Shown here piece by piece: positions 48,349 through 58,615 of a DNA stretch of 64,000 nucleotides. Position numbers and translations under genes: made by a program. Position 1 is the first letter of the stretch; each line of letters begins with the position of its first letter. Source of the DNA: an uncultured Chitinophagaceae bacterium (lineage in GTDB: Bacteria > Bacteroidota > Bacteroidia > Chitinophagales > Chitinophagaceae); contig CAZKSY010000007.1 of assembly GCA_964555605.1 (NCBI GenBank), forward strand, positions 16,538 through 80,537. The letters are read 5' to 3'. The notes beneath the pieces were generated by a model. That model had not been told where the DNA came from and made no database searches. It worked only from the letters and a program-made list of their open reading frames with translations.

Positions 48349-49284
48349 TTGACCTCTTTTCATACACAACAGATCAAGCAATTTGCCCGGAATCTGGGCT
48401 TTCAGCATTGTGGCATTGCCAGAGCCATGCCCCTGGATGCCGATGCCCGCCGGCTGGAGCAATGGCTGCAAAAAGGGTTTCAGGGGTCGATGCGGTATAT
48501 GGAAAATCATTTTGACCTGCGGATCGATCCGGGCAAACTGGTACCCGGTGCCAAGTCGGTGATAACACTTTTAATGAATTATTTTCCGGAGGAACAGCAG
48601 CAGGAACATGCTCCCAGGATTGCACGGTATGCTTTTGGTAAGGATTATCACGAAGTGATCCGTGCCAGGCTGCATGCATTACTATCCCTGATCAAAGAAC
48701 ATATTGGAGAGGTACAGGGAAGGGGATTTGTAGATTCTGCGCCGGTACTGGAACGTTCCTGGGCGCTGCGAAGTGGATTGGGATGGATCGGAAAGAATGG
48801 TAACCTGATCCATAAGCAAGCCGGTTCCTATTTTTTTATTGCCACCCTCATTACTGATCTGGAACTGGATTATGATGCGCCCTTCACCACCGACCATTGC
48901 GGCACCTGCACCCGTTGTATTGAAGCCTGTCCTACAGAAGCCATTCTGCCCAATAAAGTGATCGATGGAAGCAGATGTATCTCGTATTTTACCATCGAAT
49001 TAAAAGACCAACTGATCCCGGATAAAATGAAGGGGCAATTCGACAACTGGATGTTTGGGTGTGATACCTGCCAGGAGGTTTGTCCATGGAACCGATTCAG
49101 TCAGCCCCATCAGGAAAATGCATTCCAGCCCATCCCGGAGATATTGAATCTTTCGTCGCGGGAATGGCAGGAACTAACAGAAGAAGAGTTTAAGAAGATC
49201 TTTCGACACTCCCCTCTCTCCCGCTCCAAATACAGCGGGATTCAACGCAATCTGAAATTTCTGGAATCAGATCCTACTGCTTAA
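48349..49284 (+). CDS. queG: tRNA epoxyqueuosine(34) reductase
   Basis: 311 aa with ARYAFGKDYH and the 4Fe-4S motifs CGTCTRCIEACP and CDTCQEVCPWN. Confidence 0.9.
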   Translation: MTSFHTQQIKQFARNLGFQHCGIARAMPLDADARRLEQWLQKGFQGSMRYMENHFDLRIDPGKLVPGAKSVITLLMNYFPEEQQQEHAPRIARYAFGKDYHEVIRARLHALLSLIKEHIGEVQGRGFVDSAPVLERSWALRSGLGWIGKNGNLIHKQAGSYFFIATLITDLELDYDAPFTTDHCGTCTRCIEACPTEAILPNKVIDGSRCISYFTIELKDQLIPDKMKGQFDNWMFGCDTCQEVCPWNRFSQPHQENAFQPIPEILNLSSREWQELTEEEFKKIFRHSPLSRSKYSGIQRNLKFLESDPTA

Positions 49285-49844
49285 AACACCCATGCCAAAC
49301 GAAAGCTGAGCCGCTTCAACTTATAATTGTAGTATTCCGATATATTACAACTGGTAAATCCGCAAATAGTTGATTTTACCTGTTCTTCTTTGATCTGCTT
49401 AAAACTGTACCCCAGACTGATCTGAAAGGCATCCTTTTTATTTTTCAATAATATTCTATAGCCGATGGCTGTTGTCCAATAAGGAGCCGGTTTAAATTTG
49501 TTGGCTATCAGTCCATTTTGGATCAGATCCCTTTTTCTTCCCCAGGGAAAACTGACACCGCCATCCAACGCCGCATACAAGCCTCTATCTCCACTGAAAA
49601 AACGATGATTCACCGATACGAATAAGGGGATGCTGCGTAAATGATACCAATCGAAACCGGTTCCCAGGCCTGTAAACCAACGACCTGAATTAAACCCATT
49701 TATGGAAAGCAGTTGCAAAGCCGTACCCCGCTCACCTTCCAGCATACCGGCATGAAACTGAGATTCAAAATTTTTTTTCTGTTGCCCCTTAACACTACCC
49801 AACACACCCGGGGCAAGCAATAGAAACAACCATAGCTTCTTCAT
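49281..49844 (-). CDS. Small outer-membrane beta-barrel hypothetical protein
   Basis: 187 aa with a signal peptide and C-terminal ...RLAWVF. There is a 2-nt gap to the upstream gene. Confidence 0.55.
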   Translation of the reverse strand: MKKLWLFLLLAPGVLGSVKGQQKKNFESQFHAGMLEGERGTALQLLSINGFNSGRWFTGLGTGFDWYHLRSIPLFVSVNHRFFSGDRGLYAALDGGVSFPWGRKRDLIQNGLIANKFKPAPYWTTAIGYRILLKNKKDAFQISLGYSFKQIKEEQVKSTICGFTSCNISEYYNYKLKRLSFRLAWVF

Positions 49845-49846
49845 TA

Positions 49847-51091
49847 CTATCTGTTTTTTTGGAGCTTGCTAAGCGATTTAATATCGTTGATATTACTGTA
49901 TTCAAATTGCTCCAATGCCGTTTTGGTAACCACCAGCAATTTTTTATTATGTGCAATCACATCATAGGTTTCCATGTCTTTCAAATGCCGGATCAGTTTC
50001 AAAGCCGATGGGTCGGTGGCATCAAACACCTTCAGTCCGTCAATACCATCACAAATAAAAACCAGGTTACCATCAATTGCCACACCATAGGGGTTGGTCA
50101 TGTTATAGGTTTTCACCAGTTTGGGCTGCATAACATTGGTTATATCGATCACGTCCAACTGATTCACAGTACTCTGACAAAAATTGCCCCCGCGTAGGGT
50201 AACATAGGCATAAGAATCATTGGCGGCCACGGGATCACAGGCATTGGCATGGGTAAATACGCCCAGCCGTTCAGGTGAATAGGGATGGCTGATATCAAAC
50301 ATGAACATACCTCCTGTTGAACCAAGAAAAAGTTTGTCCTTGAATGGATAGATGGTTTCGATATTCCACCCTGCATAGATGGTATTGACCAATTCCGGTT
50401 CAGCAGGAGCATCCAGTTTAAAAACATGCATCATGCTGTTATTAACGGTATAGAGTATATTGTTTACAATGGAGAATCGTGCCATCGAACCTGCGATGCC
50501 CATGGTAGCCGTTTTATTGGATGCATCAGCGGTGGCAAATAAACAAACCCGGCAAAAGGGGATCGGATTGCTGTTATCCATTATTTCCACGGTAGTGTCT
50601 TTGCGTGTCCAGTCCACCACTACCATATTGGAATCAACATACAGGTTATTGGCATAGCGACGCTCCGGAAATATATCGTTTCGTACACTTTCGAGTTTTA
50701 TCTGCAGTGGGTTACTGATGTCAATCGCCAGCAGATCGGTAAACATATCCGCGTAAAGTATGGAGCCTTTTACAGCAATATCAATATTGCCGGGGATAGC
50801 TATAAATGCCCGGTTCACCGGTGCGGCAGGAATACTGTTGTCGATAATGTGTACCCCTTTATTCAGTTCATTCAGGAAAATATAATTTCCGTACAGATAG
50901 ATCTTGCCGGCATTTTCAATAGGTACGGGTTGGTCGCCTTTTATATCGGCCAATACAGCCGATTTGGCTTTTAACACAGGGGTATAAACAGCGTAGGTCT
51001 TGGTGATCTTATCTTTCATACAGGAACTCAACCCTGCCAGAAATAAAATGGCAGACAGCCAACCAGCCCAACGGGAAATAATATGGTGCAT
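49847..51091 (-). CDS. LVIVD-repeat beta-propeller lipoprotein
   Basis: 414 aa with lipobox LAGLSSC and repeats such as GNLVFICDGIDGLKVFDATDP and YAYVTLRGG, which are typical of LVIVD repeats. Confidence 0.65.
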   Translation of the reverse strand: MHHIISRWAGWLSAILFLAGLSSCMKDKITKTYAVYTPVLKAKSAVLADIKGDQPVPIENAGKIYLYGNYIFLNELNKGVHIIDNSIPAAPVNRAFIAIPGNIDIAVKGSILYADMFTDLLAIDISNPLQIKLESVRNDIFPERRYANNLYVDSNMVVVDWTRKDTTVEIMDNSNPIPFCRVCLFATADASNKTATMGIAGSMARFSIVNNILYTVNNSMMHVFKLDAPAEPELVNTIYAGWNIETIYPFKDKLFLGSTGGMFMFDISHPYSPERLGVFTHANACDPVAANDSYAYVTLRGGNFCQSTVNQLDVIDITNVMQPKLVKTYNMTNPYGVAIDGNLVFICDGIDGLKVFDATDPSALKLIRHLKDMETYDVIAHNKKLLVVTKTALEQFEYSNINDIKSLSKLQKNR

Positions 51092-51151
51092 ATGCTTGTT
51101 TAGGGGTTGACAACAACAGATAAGCAGTCGTTGCCTGTTGCGGAAGAAAAA

Positions 51152-52048
51152 TTAACGGGAGGCAATATAAATAACCGAACTGCATGTAGCGGTATTGCCG
51201 ATTGCATACAGGTTGGAGATCGCTCCCATAAGCATTCCGGAAATAAAACCGGAGCCCCCTGAGCGATGTTGGACACTTAACATGGAAACATAAAAACTAT
51301 CAAACCACATGGGTTTCATTTTATGGAGGGTAAGTCCATGCTGTCCGAGTAAATTTTTCATGGAAGCGGGGGAGAAATGGTAGAGGTGACGGGGAACATC
51401 CCAGGCGGCCCAGAATTGCTGGTATTTCAGTGCGTCATGCGAGGTATGGTTGGGTACAGCAATAAACAGTTTTCCTCCGGGTTTCAGCAATTGCTGAATA
51501 CGATCCATATATCCGTGGAGATCGTGTACATGTTCCAGTACGTGCCACATGGTTATGGCATCATAGCTGCCAACTGGTAAAGCATATAGTTGATCGGAAG
51601 ATAATAAGTTTATCTGATGAAGCGATTGGGCGCGTGTACGTGCTTCCTGATCGGGTTCCAATCCTGTCACCGACCATCCTGCTGTTTGCATGAAACCGGC
51701 AAAAGCTCCTGTACCGGCACCGATATCGAGTAAGGCCCCTCCCTTCCTATTACAAACCGACTCAACCAGATTCTTTTTGGATTTCAAGGTGATTTTACGA
51801 ACGCGATGATAAAGTCGATTCACGAGACCTGTTTGGGTATCGGTATGCGAAACATAATTATCGGATTTATAATAGGAGCCGATCTGCTCCTGCGTAGGAA
51901 TATCCTGCGTAAAAGCGCCCAAACAAGCTTCACATTTCCATACTGGAAAATACTGCTGTGAAACAGTGTGATCTTTGGCCTGAAGAAAAGGGACAATACG
52001 ATCGCTATGACAGATCGGACAATTTGAATAATGAATAGATGTACTCAT
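51152..52048 (-). CDS. Class I SAM-dependent methyltransferase with N-terminal Cys4 zinc-ribbon
   Basis: 298 aa with CPICHS...CEAC and SAM motif I LLDIGAGTGAFAG. Confidence 0.8.
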   Translation of the reverse strand: MSTSIHYSNCPICHSDRIVPFLQAKDHTVSQQYFPVWKCEACLGAFTQDIPTQEQIGSYYKSDNYVSHTDTQTGLVNRLYHRVRKITLKSKKNLVESVCNRKGGALLDIGAGTGAFAGFMQTAGWSVTGLEPDQEARTRAQSLHQINLLSSDQLYALPVGSYDAITMWHVLEHVHDLHGYMDRIQQLLKPGGKLFIAVPNHTSHDALKYQQFWAAWDVPRHLYHFSPASMKNLLGQHGLTLHKMKPMWFDSFYVSMLSVQHRSGGSGFISGMLMGAISNLYAIGNTATCSSVIYIASR

Positions 52049-52085
52049 AAGGAGCTAAAGGGTACAAAGAAAAGAAAGAAAAGGC

Positions 52086-52706
52086 TCAATACCAATCCTT
52101 GATCTTTTGCATATTGCCAACAGCATCGGCACCCAAACCTTTATTGATGAAATGATATAATAGAAGGGCTAATGCCAAAACACCCAGTGCTGCCGCCCAC
52201 CATTTCCAAATCTGGTCATTGCTCTCGCGGCTCTCTTCAATTTCTTCCAAAGCCTGCTCCTTACTTAATTCCCTGTCTCCCATGCGTACTTTATGTGCGT
52301 TGGAGGTGGAAACCACCCGATGGGCAGGTGCCGGCTCCAGAAAAGTGCTAAGGCCAGAAACCGGCAAAAAGCCAATTTCTCCAGATTCATCGCGTTGCAA
52401 GGTGCCCACCCCTTCAAGGGTCACAGGCTTATTATTACGCAGATCGTTCCGAACCGAATAAGCCCATTCGTTATACCACTTAATGGCTTCAAAATCGGCC
52501 ATACCGGTGGCAGCGGTCAGGTAGTTAAAAAAGTCTTTATCCGGAGCATCAAAGTATTTATCAAATCTGTACTGAAAAGAAGGGGGTAAAATCTGACGAT
52601 TTACAAAATCGCCCTGCGCAGGTACACGTTCAATCATAATGCAACCAAGCCCCGGCAAGGGGAGGCTGCGACGACGCAATAGATAATATTGAAGGGCTTC
52701 CTGCAT
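52086..52706 (-). CDS. HU-CCDC81-like N-domain protein with C-terminal membrane anchor
   Basis: Start MQEALQYYLLRRRSLPLPGLGCIMIERVPA (52706) and a single TM segment, WWAAALGVLALALLLY. The family call is tentative. Confidence 0.5.
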   Translation of the reverse strand: MQEALQYYLLRRRSLPLPGLGCIMIERVPAQGDFVNRQILPPSFQYRFDKYFDAPDKDFFNYLTAATGMADFEAIKWYNEWAYSVRNDLRNNKPVTLEGVGTLQRDESGEIGFLPVSGLSTFLEPAPAHRVVSTSNAHKVRMGDRELSKEQALEEIEESRESNDQIWKWWAAALGVLALALLLYHFINKGLGADAVGNMQKIKDWY

Positions 52707-52786
52707 TTTATGTAATTGCGAAGCAACAGCATTTGGGCAGAAATTCAAAAAGAATTTCCCCACCCGGCAGGCTGCCGGAGGAAGGA

Positions 52787-54460
52787 TTATTTACGGGCCG
52801 CTTTCCCGTCACCAAATGAATAGGTAATTCCGCCCAGTAAATTAAACCCATAGGTTTCATACTGATGCCAACGTTCGTAACGGTTATTGAGGATATTATT
52901 TAACTGGATCCAGAGGTTAAAGTTTTTGGTGATGCGGAATTCGGCCCCGGCATTCAGGTCAAATCCGGTTTCGCCTTTGAATGCGTCGCCTCCAGTACCA
53001 CGGTATTGCGGTCCATCCCACAACCAGAGATCCGAACGAAGCCATAGGTCCTTCATCAATTGCCAGCGAATGCCCGTATTCAATTCGAGAGGTATCATTC
53101 CCCAGGCTTTTTTCTCTTTTTGCAGCTTGGTGAACTGGTTGAAATTGATGGCAGCAAAAGCGGTAAAATTCTCTGCACGGGTATACTGAACTTCTCCATG
53201 CAATTGCAAGGCTTCCATTCTGGGTTCATAGGCAATGGTAAATGTTTTGCCATCTACCCCATCATTTACGAAGAGGGGCATGTTTCGATATACCTGAAAA
53301 CCCACTTTGGCGGAATAAGAAAGATGATTCCCCACCGATCCTTTAAAGCCGGCATAACGTTCCTGCACACGGGTATTAAACAAGGAGTCGGGTGCTGCCA
53401 GCCAGGGATTGATACCTGCAAAACGCTGGTAACTTCCCTTATTATAATAGCCGATCCAACCCAACTGAAAGGTAAACCGCTGGTCGTTGGTGGTAATATC
53501 TGCCATTACATTTGGCAGCATGGTAAACACTTTATTATCCCAGGAAGGACGGAGCCCTGCATGCAGAAATATATTGGGTGTTTTCATCAGCACGGCTGGC
53601 GACACGTAAAACAAATTGTTTGCCGCACTGATCTTATTGGTATTGCTTTTACGCTGATAATTGGTAAGGTCGGCGGTTGCAGCCAGTTTAAATGAAAACA
53701 GTGAGCCAAAGGTTTTTTCCAGTGGCAGGTCAAGAACTGTATTCGATTCACTTCCCTTATCAGAATGATTGTCGCCAAATACACTTACCCGCAGAGAAGG
53801 ATGATAAGTGATACCAAAAGCAGTAGGAACCGTATTTCTGAAATGCACTTTTGCTTCAATAGTTTGAAACCGTTGCTTCAACTGATCTTTAGTGAAAACC
53901 AGGGTACCGGGTCGGTAACCATATAAATAATAATCATCGCTCCTGAATCCGATGGTTCCATTCCACTCCAGTTGCTTAGGGGTAAGATAGGTGGCTGCTG
54001 CACCAACACTGGTTTGACTATTCTTTTGAAAAGGCAAACTGCCCTTAGAGGTATAATGGCTGGCGAAAACATTGAAGTAGGTGGATTGACCATCCCCAAA
54101 ACTAAAACCTGCCTTCATGTAGGGCTGGTGTACATTACCGATACCCACTTTTATATAATTGGCATAATCCCAGGCTTTCACCGAATCAATTTCCAATGCC
54201 ACCGGTTTTAATTCAGCCGGCTGATAAGCAAAGAAGAGGTTCTGGGTAGGGATATTATAATTCAATACCGGTCGTGAGGTATCGGCTACCGGAGGAGCTG
54301 CATTGAAATTGATCTTGGCAGATTCCCGTAACACCGGTTTGAACGTGGACGTAATATCAAAGCTTTTACGTTTGGTAGTATCCTGTGCGCTCACACTGGC
54401 AGAAATGGCAGTGGCGAGAAGGAGCATCCCTACGGTCCGGTTGAAAATTTTATTATTCAT
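52787..54460 (-). CDS. Hypothetical large outer-membrane beta-barrel protein
   Basis: 557 aa with a signal peptide (AISASVSAQD) and alternating-pattern beta strands rich in Y/F/G/N. Confidence 0.6.
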   Translation of the reverse strand: MNNKIFNRTVGMLLLATAISASVSAQDTTKRKSFDITSTFKPVLRESAKINFNAAPPVADTSRPVLNYNIPTQNLFFAYQPAELKPVALEIDSVKAWDYANYIKVGIGNVHQPYMKAGFSFGDGQSTYFNVFASHYTSKGSLPFQKNSQTSVGAAATYLTPKQLEWNGTIGFRSDDYYLYGYRPGTLVFTKDQLKQRFQTIEAKVHFRNTVPTAFGITYHPSLRVSVFGDNHSDKGSESNTVLDLPLEKTFGSLFSFKLAATADLTNYQRKSNTNKISAANNLFYVSPAVLMKTPNIFLHAGLRPSWDNKVFTMLPNVMADITTNDQRFTFQLGWIGYYNKGSYQRFAGINPWLAAPDSLFNTRVQERYAGFKGSVGNHLSYSAKVGFQVYRNMPLFVNDGVDGKTFTIAYEPRMEALQLHGEVQYTRAENFTAFAAINFNQFTKLQKEKKAWGMIPLELNTGIRWQLMKDLWLRSDLWLWDGPQYRGTGGDAFKGETGFDLNAGAEFRITKNFNLWIQLNNILNNRYERWHQYETYGFNLLGGITYSFGDGKAARK

Positions 54461-54494
54461 AGTTAATTTGCCTGAGGTTTTAAAAGGGATTGGC

Positions 54495-57400
54495 TTAATT
54501 GTTTCCGTCGCTCATTTTACTGTTCTTTTTTTCCTCATCGGTTACCTGTGCCAGTTTGCGCTCTGCCTCCAGACGCAGGGCTTCTATCTTGGTATTTTCC
54601 AGCACACTCTGATAAGTGGCTTTGGCATTGAAATAATCCTTTTGCTTATAATAAATATCTCCCAGTAATAAATAAGCGCGGGTCACCCAATCTTCGTAGG
54701 AGCCTGATTTATTTACCACCTCAAAGGCTGCTTTCTCTGCATCCGCATAGCGGTTTTGCAGGAATAAAAGGTTGGCTATTTCATAACGGGCTTCCGCACC
54801 ATAGGCAGCCTTACTAAGGGAAGCCACATTTCGATAATAGGTGATGGCTTCACTATATTGATTGTTTGCCTGGAAGGAACGAGCCAGAACCAGATTAGCC
54901 AATACCTTATCATCCGTACCAATGCCTTTTTGATTCAGTAATTCGCGGGCATTGTCGTTGGCTACGGTCCATTTTTGTAATTGAAACTGACTGCGCAATA
55001 ATCCCCGCATGGCTTCCAGCTTATTTTCCTGACCGGAAGCGAACTCTTTTAATTTCAGAAAATACTTTTCAGCCTTTTCATAATTCTTCAGATCAAAGAA
55101 GTTCAACCGGGCAGCGAAGAGCAATGATTTTTCGCCGAATTTATGCGGCACCCTGTCGGCCAATACCTCATAGCCGGAAGCCGCTTTAGCCCAATCTTTT
55201 TGGTTGTAATAGATCTCGCTCTTATAATATAGCGCTTCCAAACTGTGCTTGCCTTGCGGGAACCTGTCGAGGTATTCTTCATATTTACGGGCTGCCAGTG
55301 GAAAATTACCATTATTGAATTGCAGCTCCGCTTCCTGATACGCCAATTGCTCCTCCTGAGTGGTGGAAATCTCTTTTCCCATACTTCGGGCGAAACTTAC
55401 ATACTCTGCACTCCTGCCCTCTTCTACATAGATCACTTTAGCATTTTCCAGCGCCTCTTCTGCTTCCGGAGAATTGGGGAATTGCTGTAATAAGGAAGCA
55501 TACTGTTTCAGAGCATCCGGATTATTATCAATATTATAATAGGCAATACCCAGTCGAAGTAACGCACGGGGCTTGAGGGAACTGTTAGGGTCGCTGATCA
55601 CATTCTTCAAGTAAGGAATGGCTTCCCTGAACTGTTCATTGGATAAATAGCTGCCGGCGATCTCCATATTGGCATCGGGGATCAAACTGGAACTGGGATA
55701 TTTACGACTGATGGATGATAAAAGCGTGATTTTCTCTTTTTGATTATTGATACCGGCGATCAGGGCATTCTGAAAAGTGGCATAATCGCTGGCGGGCCAG
55801 GAATAATCCAACACTTTATCGTACATGGATTTGGCCTTTTTATAATCGCGGGCCATATAATAACAATCGGCATTACGAAGGAACGCATCCTGCTCCAGAG
55901 AAGAAGCGTTTATCTTTGGAGCAAGGGCCAAGGGCTCAAAGAACCCTTGCGCCTGCTTATAATTTTCCTTCCGCAGGAAGCAATATCCAAGGATATAGCG
56001 GGCACTGGAAGGATTTACTTCTCCCTGAATGGAACCTGATTTCAGGTAATCAAACAGATAGCGCACCGCATCATCTGTTTTATTCATTCGGTAAGCGATC
56101 TCCCCTTTCCAAAATTGCACCAATGGCAGCACGGTCTGATTGTCCGGCAAAGCCTCTGCCCGTGTGAGCATTTCGTTCGCTGTAACGAGCATGCCATCGT
56201 TGATATATTCGGTAGCTCTTCCATATAATATTCTGGGATATAATTTACGGGCCAATGGAGAAGGTGATTTCATAGCTTCCAGCAAAGCCAGGGCATCTTT
56301 ATAGTTATTGGTATTAGCCAATACGCCCACAGTCATTTCACGGGCTTCCTCGTAATAAATGCTTTTGGGATAGGTGGCCAAAAATTTCTGCAATTCGGTC
56401 AAAGCCACATCCTGATAACCCAATTCATACGAAAGCTTGGCATAATTGAACATCGACACTTCCCGCTGCTTATCGTTACTGCTATTGGCAGCACAAAACA
56501 AGAAAGCGTTACGCGCATTCGCACGCTGACCGGTTTTAAGATACGCGTCACCTAACAGGTACATGGAGTTTTGTGCCAGAGAGTCTTCTTTACCACCCAA
56601 TTGTTTGAAACCGGCAATAGCTTTATTCCATTGACTGGCTTTATAATGGCAAAAAGCCAATTCATAAATATCTTCCCGAGTCAATTTCTCCGCTTTGGCA
56701 GCATAACTTTCGAGATAAGGCAGGGCTTTATCATATTGTTGCTGCATAAAATATCCATGACCCACCAATTGCTGCATCTCTTTTTCAAAACTCAGATTTC
56801 CCCTGCGTAATTTGCCTTCTGCATAATCAAAGGCCCTTTGCTTATCGCCTTGCATATACAGGATCACCGATATATAGTATGGAGCTACTTTCCCATATTC
56901 CGGATGATCTTCCACCACCCGGAAAGCAGCTAATGCATCGGTATATTTTTTTTCGTAGAAGGAGATAAAACCATAATAATAGTTGGCATCTGCATAATTG
57001 GGATCATCCTTCATATTACGGATGGCATCGAGCAGGGGTTTTGCCTTATCATAACGCTGGATAGAGAAATAGGAATATCCCTGATGAAATTTCATCTCTG
57101 CGATCTCTTTATTACTGAGATTTTCAAGTGTTACTTCGTTATAAAGATCTATGGCACGTACAAAATCCTTTTGCCGGAAATAATATTCAGCGAGGTGAAA
57201 ACTCATCATTTCCACCCGTGCTTCATTATCTTCCAAACGAATGAATTCATCGGCCTTATCGGCGGCTCCTTTTTCATTTTGCTTTAAACCGCACACAATG
57301 GTATAATATCGGATTTCCTGATAGCGAATGGCCTGATTGCTCCGGTCTGTTTCGCGCTGTTGCAATTCGAGGTCTTTCAGAATGGGATAGGCCAATGCAT

Positions 57401-57533
57401 ATTGTTCCCGCTGAAAATATTCCTTTGCCTGATTGAAATCAGCCTGGGGATCGTTCAAGAAACGGGATTGCTGCGCCAACAGGGAGCTAATGGCACCCAG
57501 AAGTATAATGAGGGATAGAAGGGATCTTTTCAT
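54495..57533 (-). CDS. Large secreted TPR-repeat protein (1012 aa)
   Basis: Signal peptide LLGAISSLLAQQ and more than 15 TPR/YbgF-like repeats (A...Y......Y..A...F..L). Confidence 0.8.
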   Translation of the reverse strand: MKRSLLSLIILLGAISSLLAQQSRFLNDPQADFNQAKEYFQREQYALAYPILKDLELQQRETDRSNQAIRYQEIRYYTIVCGLKQNEKGAADKADEFIRLEDNEARVEMMSFHLAEYYFRQKDFVRAIDLYNEVTLENLSNKEIAEMKFHQGYSYFSIQRYDKAKPLLDAIRNMKDDPNYADANYYYGFISFYEKKYTDALAAFRVVEDHPEYGKVAPYYISVILYMQGDKQRAFDYAEGKLRRGNLSFEKEMQQLVGHGYFMQQQYDKALPYLESYAAKAEKLTREDIYELAFCHYKASQWNKAIAGFKQLGGKEDSLAQNSMYLLGDAYLKTGQRANARNAFLFCAANSSNDKQREVSMFNYAKLSYELGYQDVALTELQKFLATYPKSIYYEEAREMTVGVLANTNNYKDALALLEAMKSPSPLARKLYPRILYGRATEYINDGMLVTANEMLTRAEALPDNQTVLPLVQFWKGEIAYRMNKTDDAVRYLFDYLKSGSIQGEVNPSSARYILGYCFLRKENYKQAQGFFEPLALAPKINASSLEQDAFLRNADCYYMARDYKKAKSMYDKVLDYSWPASDYATFQNALIAGINNQKEKITLLSSISRKYPSSSLIPDANMEIAGSYLSNEQFREAIPYLKNVISDPNSSLKPRALLRLGIAYYNIDNNPDALKQYASLLQQFPNSPEAEEALENAKVIYVEEGRSAEYVSFARSMGKEISTTQEEQLAYQEAELQFNNGNFPLAARKYEEYLDRFPQGKHSLEALYYKSEIYYNQKDWAKAASGYEVLADRVPHKFGEKSLLFAARLNFFDLKNYEKAEKYFLKLKEFASGQENKLEAMRGLLRSQFQLQKWTVANDNARELLNQKGIGTDDKVLANLVLARSFQANNQYSEAITYYRNVASLSKAAYGAEARYEIANLLFLQNRYADAEKAAFEVVNKSGSYEDWVTRAYLLLGDIYYKQKDYFNAKATYQSVLENTKIEALRLEAERKLAQVTDEEKKNSKMSDGNN

Positions 57534-57671
57534 TCGGGAATGCTATTGCGTGGGTTAACAAGCTAAAGTTTCCAATTATTTTGTTGTTCACCAAACATCG
57601 TTCCAAACACCTGTGGATAAGTGCATCAATTAACATTTCTTTTCTTTACAAATTGTAAAAACACAAAATTG

Positions 57672-57679
57672 TACTTTTG
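57672..57679 (+). promoter_or_regulatory. Candidate -7 box (TACTTTTG) for the DoxX gene
   Basis: Exact TAnnTTTG match 14 nt upstream of the ATG, with TTG triplets ~20-25 nt further upstream. Confidence 0.4.
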
Positions 57680-57693
57680 GCAAAAGGAAAAAA

Positions 57694-58101
57694 ATGAAAC
57701 AATTACTATCGACAGGTTATAAAGAATGGGCTTTTAATGTGGCGTTGCTATTATTACGGGTGGGTGCAGGCTTACTCATGCTTTCATATGGTTATCAGAA
57801 ACTGATCCATTTTGCCGAGAAGAAAGACAGTTTTATGAACTTCATGGGAATCGGCAGTATGCCCACGCTCCTATTGGTAATCTTCGCAGAAGTTTTTTGT
57901 TCCATTTTGCTTATTGCTGGTCTCTTCAGTCGCTTTGCCGCGCTGGTTCTAACCATTCAAATGGCAGTGATCGTATTCAAACTTGATGGTGGAGATATTT
58001 TCGGCCAGGCTGAAAAAGCCACCTTATTCCTGTTGGCATTTGTTACTGTTTTGCTGGTTGGTCCGGGCAAATTCAGTTCTGATGCAGCTCTGGGCCGATA
58101 A
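57694..58101 (+). CDS. DoxX-family membrane protein
   Basis: 135 aa with 4 TM segments. LLLRVGAGLLMLSYGYQKL is a typical DoxX start. Confidence 0.8.
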   Translation: MKQLLSTGYKEWAFNVALLLLRVGAGLLMLSYGYQKLIHFAEKKDSFMNFMGIGSMPTLLLVIFAEVFCSILLIAGLFSRFAALVLTIQMAVIVFKLDGGDIFGQAEKATLFLLAFVTVLLVGPGKFSSDAALGR

Positions 58102-58162
58102 GAAAAGTATTTGTAAAGTTTAACAATTTGTAAAAAATTACCGTCATCAAGCCGCTTCCGTT

Positions 58163-58573
58163 ATGTACATATCTGAAACCAAATTACGTGTTCGATACGC
58201 TGAAACAGACCAAATGAACGTGGTGTATCATGGCAATTATGCGCAATATTTTGAAGTGGGACGTGCCGAAACCATCCGTCATATGGGATTTACCTATAAG
58301 GATATGGAAGCGATGGGTATTATAATGCCCATTGTAGAATGGCACGCTAAATTCATCAGACCTGCACATTATGATGATCTGCTAACAGTGAAAACCACTT
58401 TGAAGGAGCTGCCAACCGATCACCGCATCGAATTTCATCAGGAAGTGTACAACGAAAAGGAGAAGTTGCTGACTACAGGAAAAGTGGTCCTTTATTTTAT
58501 GACTGCAGATACTATGGAAAAAACCACCATGCCTGATACCTTACTGGAAAAATTGAAACCCTATTTCCCCTAA
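58163..58573 (+). CDS. Acyl-CoA thioesterase (4HBT/YbgC family)
   Basis: 136 aa with RVRYAETDQMNVVYHGNYAQYFE. Confidence 0.85.
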   Translation: MYISETKLRVRYAETDQMNVVYHGNYAQYFEVGRAETIRHMGFTYKDMEAMGIIMPIVEWHAKFIRPAHYDDLLTVKTTLKELPTDHRIEFHQEVYNEKEKLLTTGKVVLYFMTADTMEKTTMPDTLLEKLKPYFP

Positions 58574-58606
58574 TAGAAAAGAGCGCCCAACAGCGCTCTT
58601 TTCTAT
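58573..58606. terminator. Bidirectional terminator hairpin between convergent genes
   Basis: ATAGAAAAGAGCGC-CCAACA-GCGCTCTTTTCTAT gives a 14-bp stem with A/T-rich flanks on both sides. Confidence 0.8.
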
Positions 58607-58615
58607 TTTACGGCA

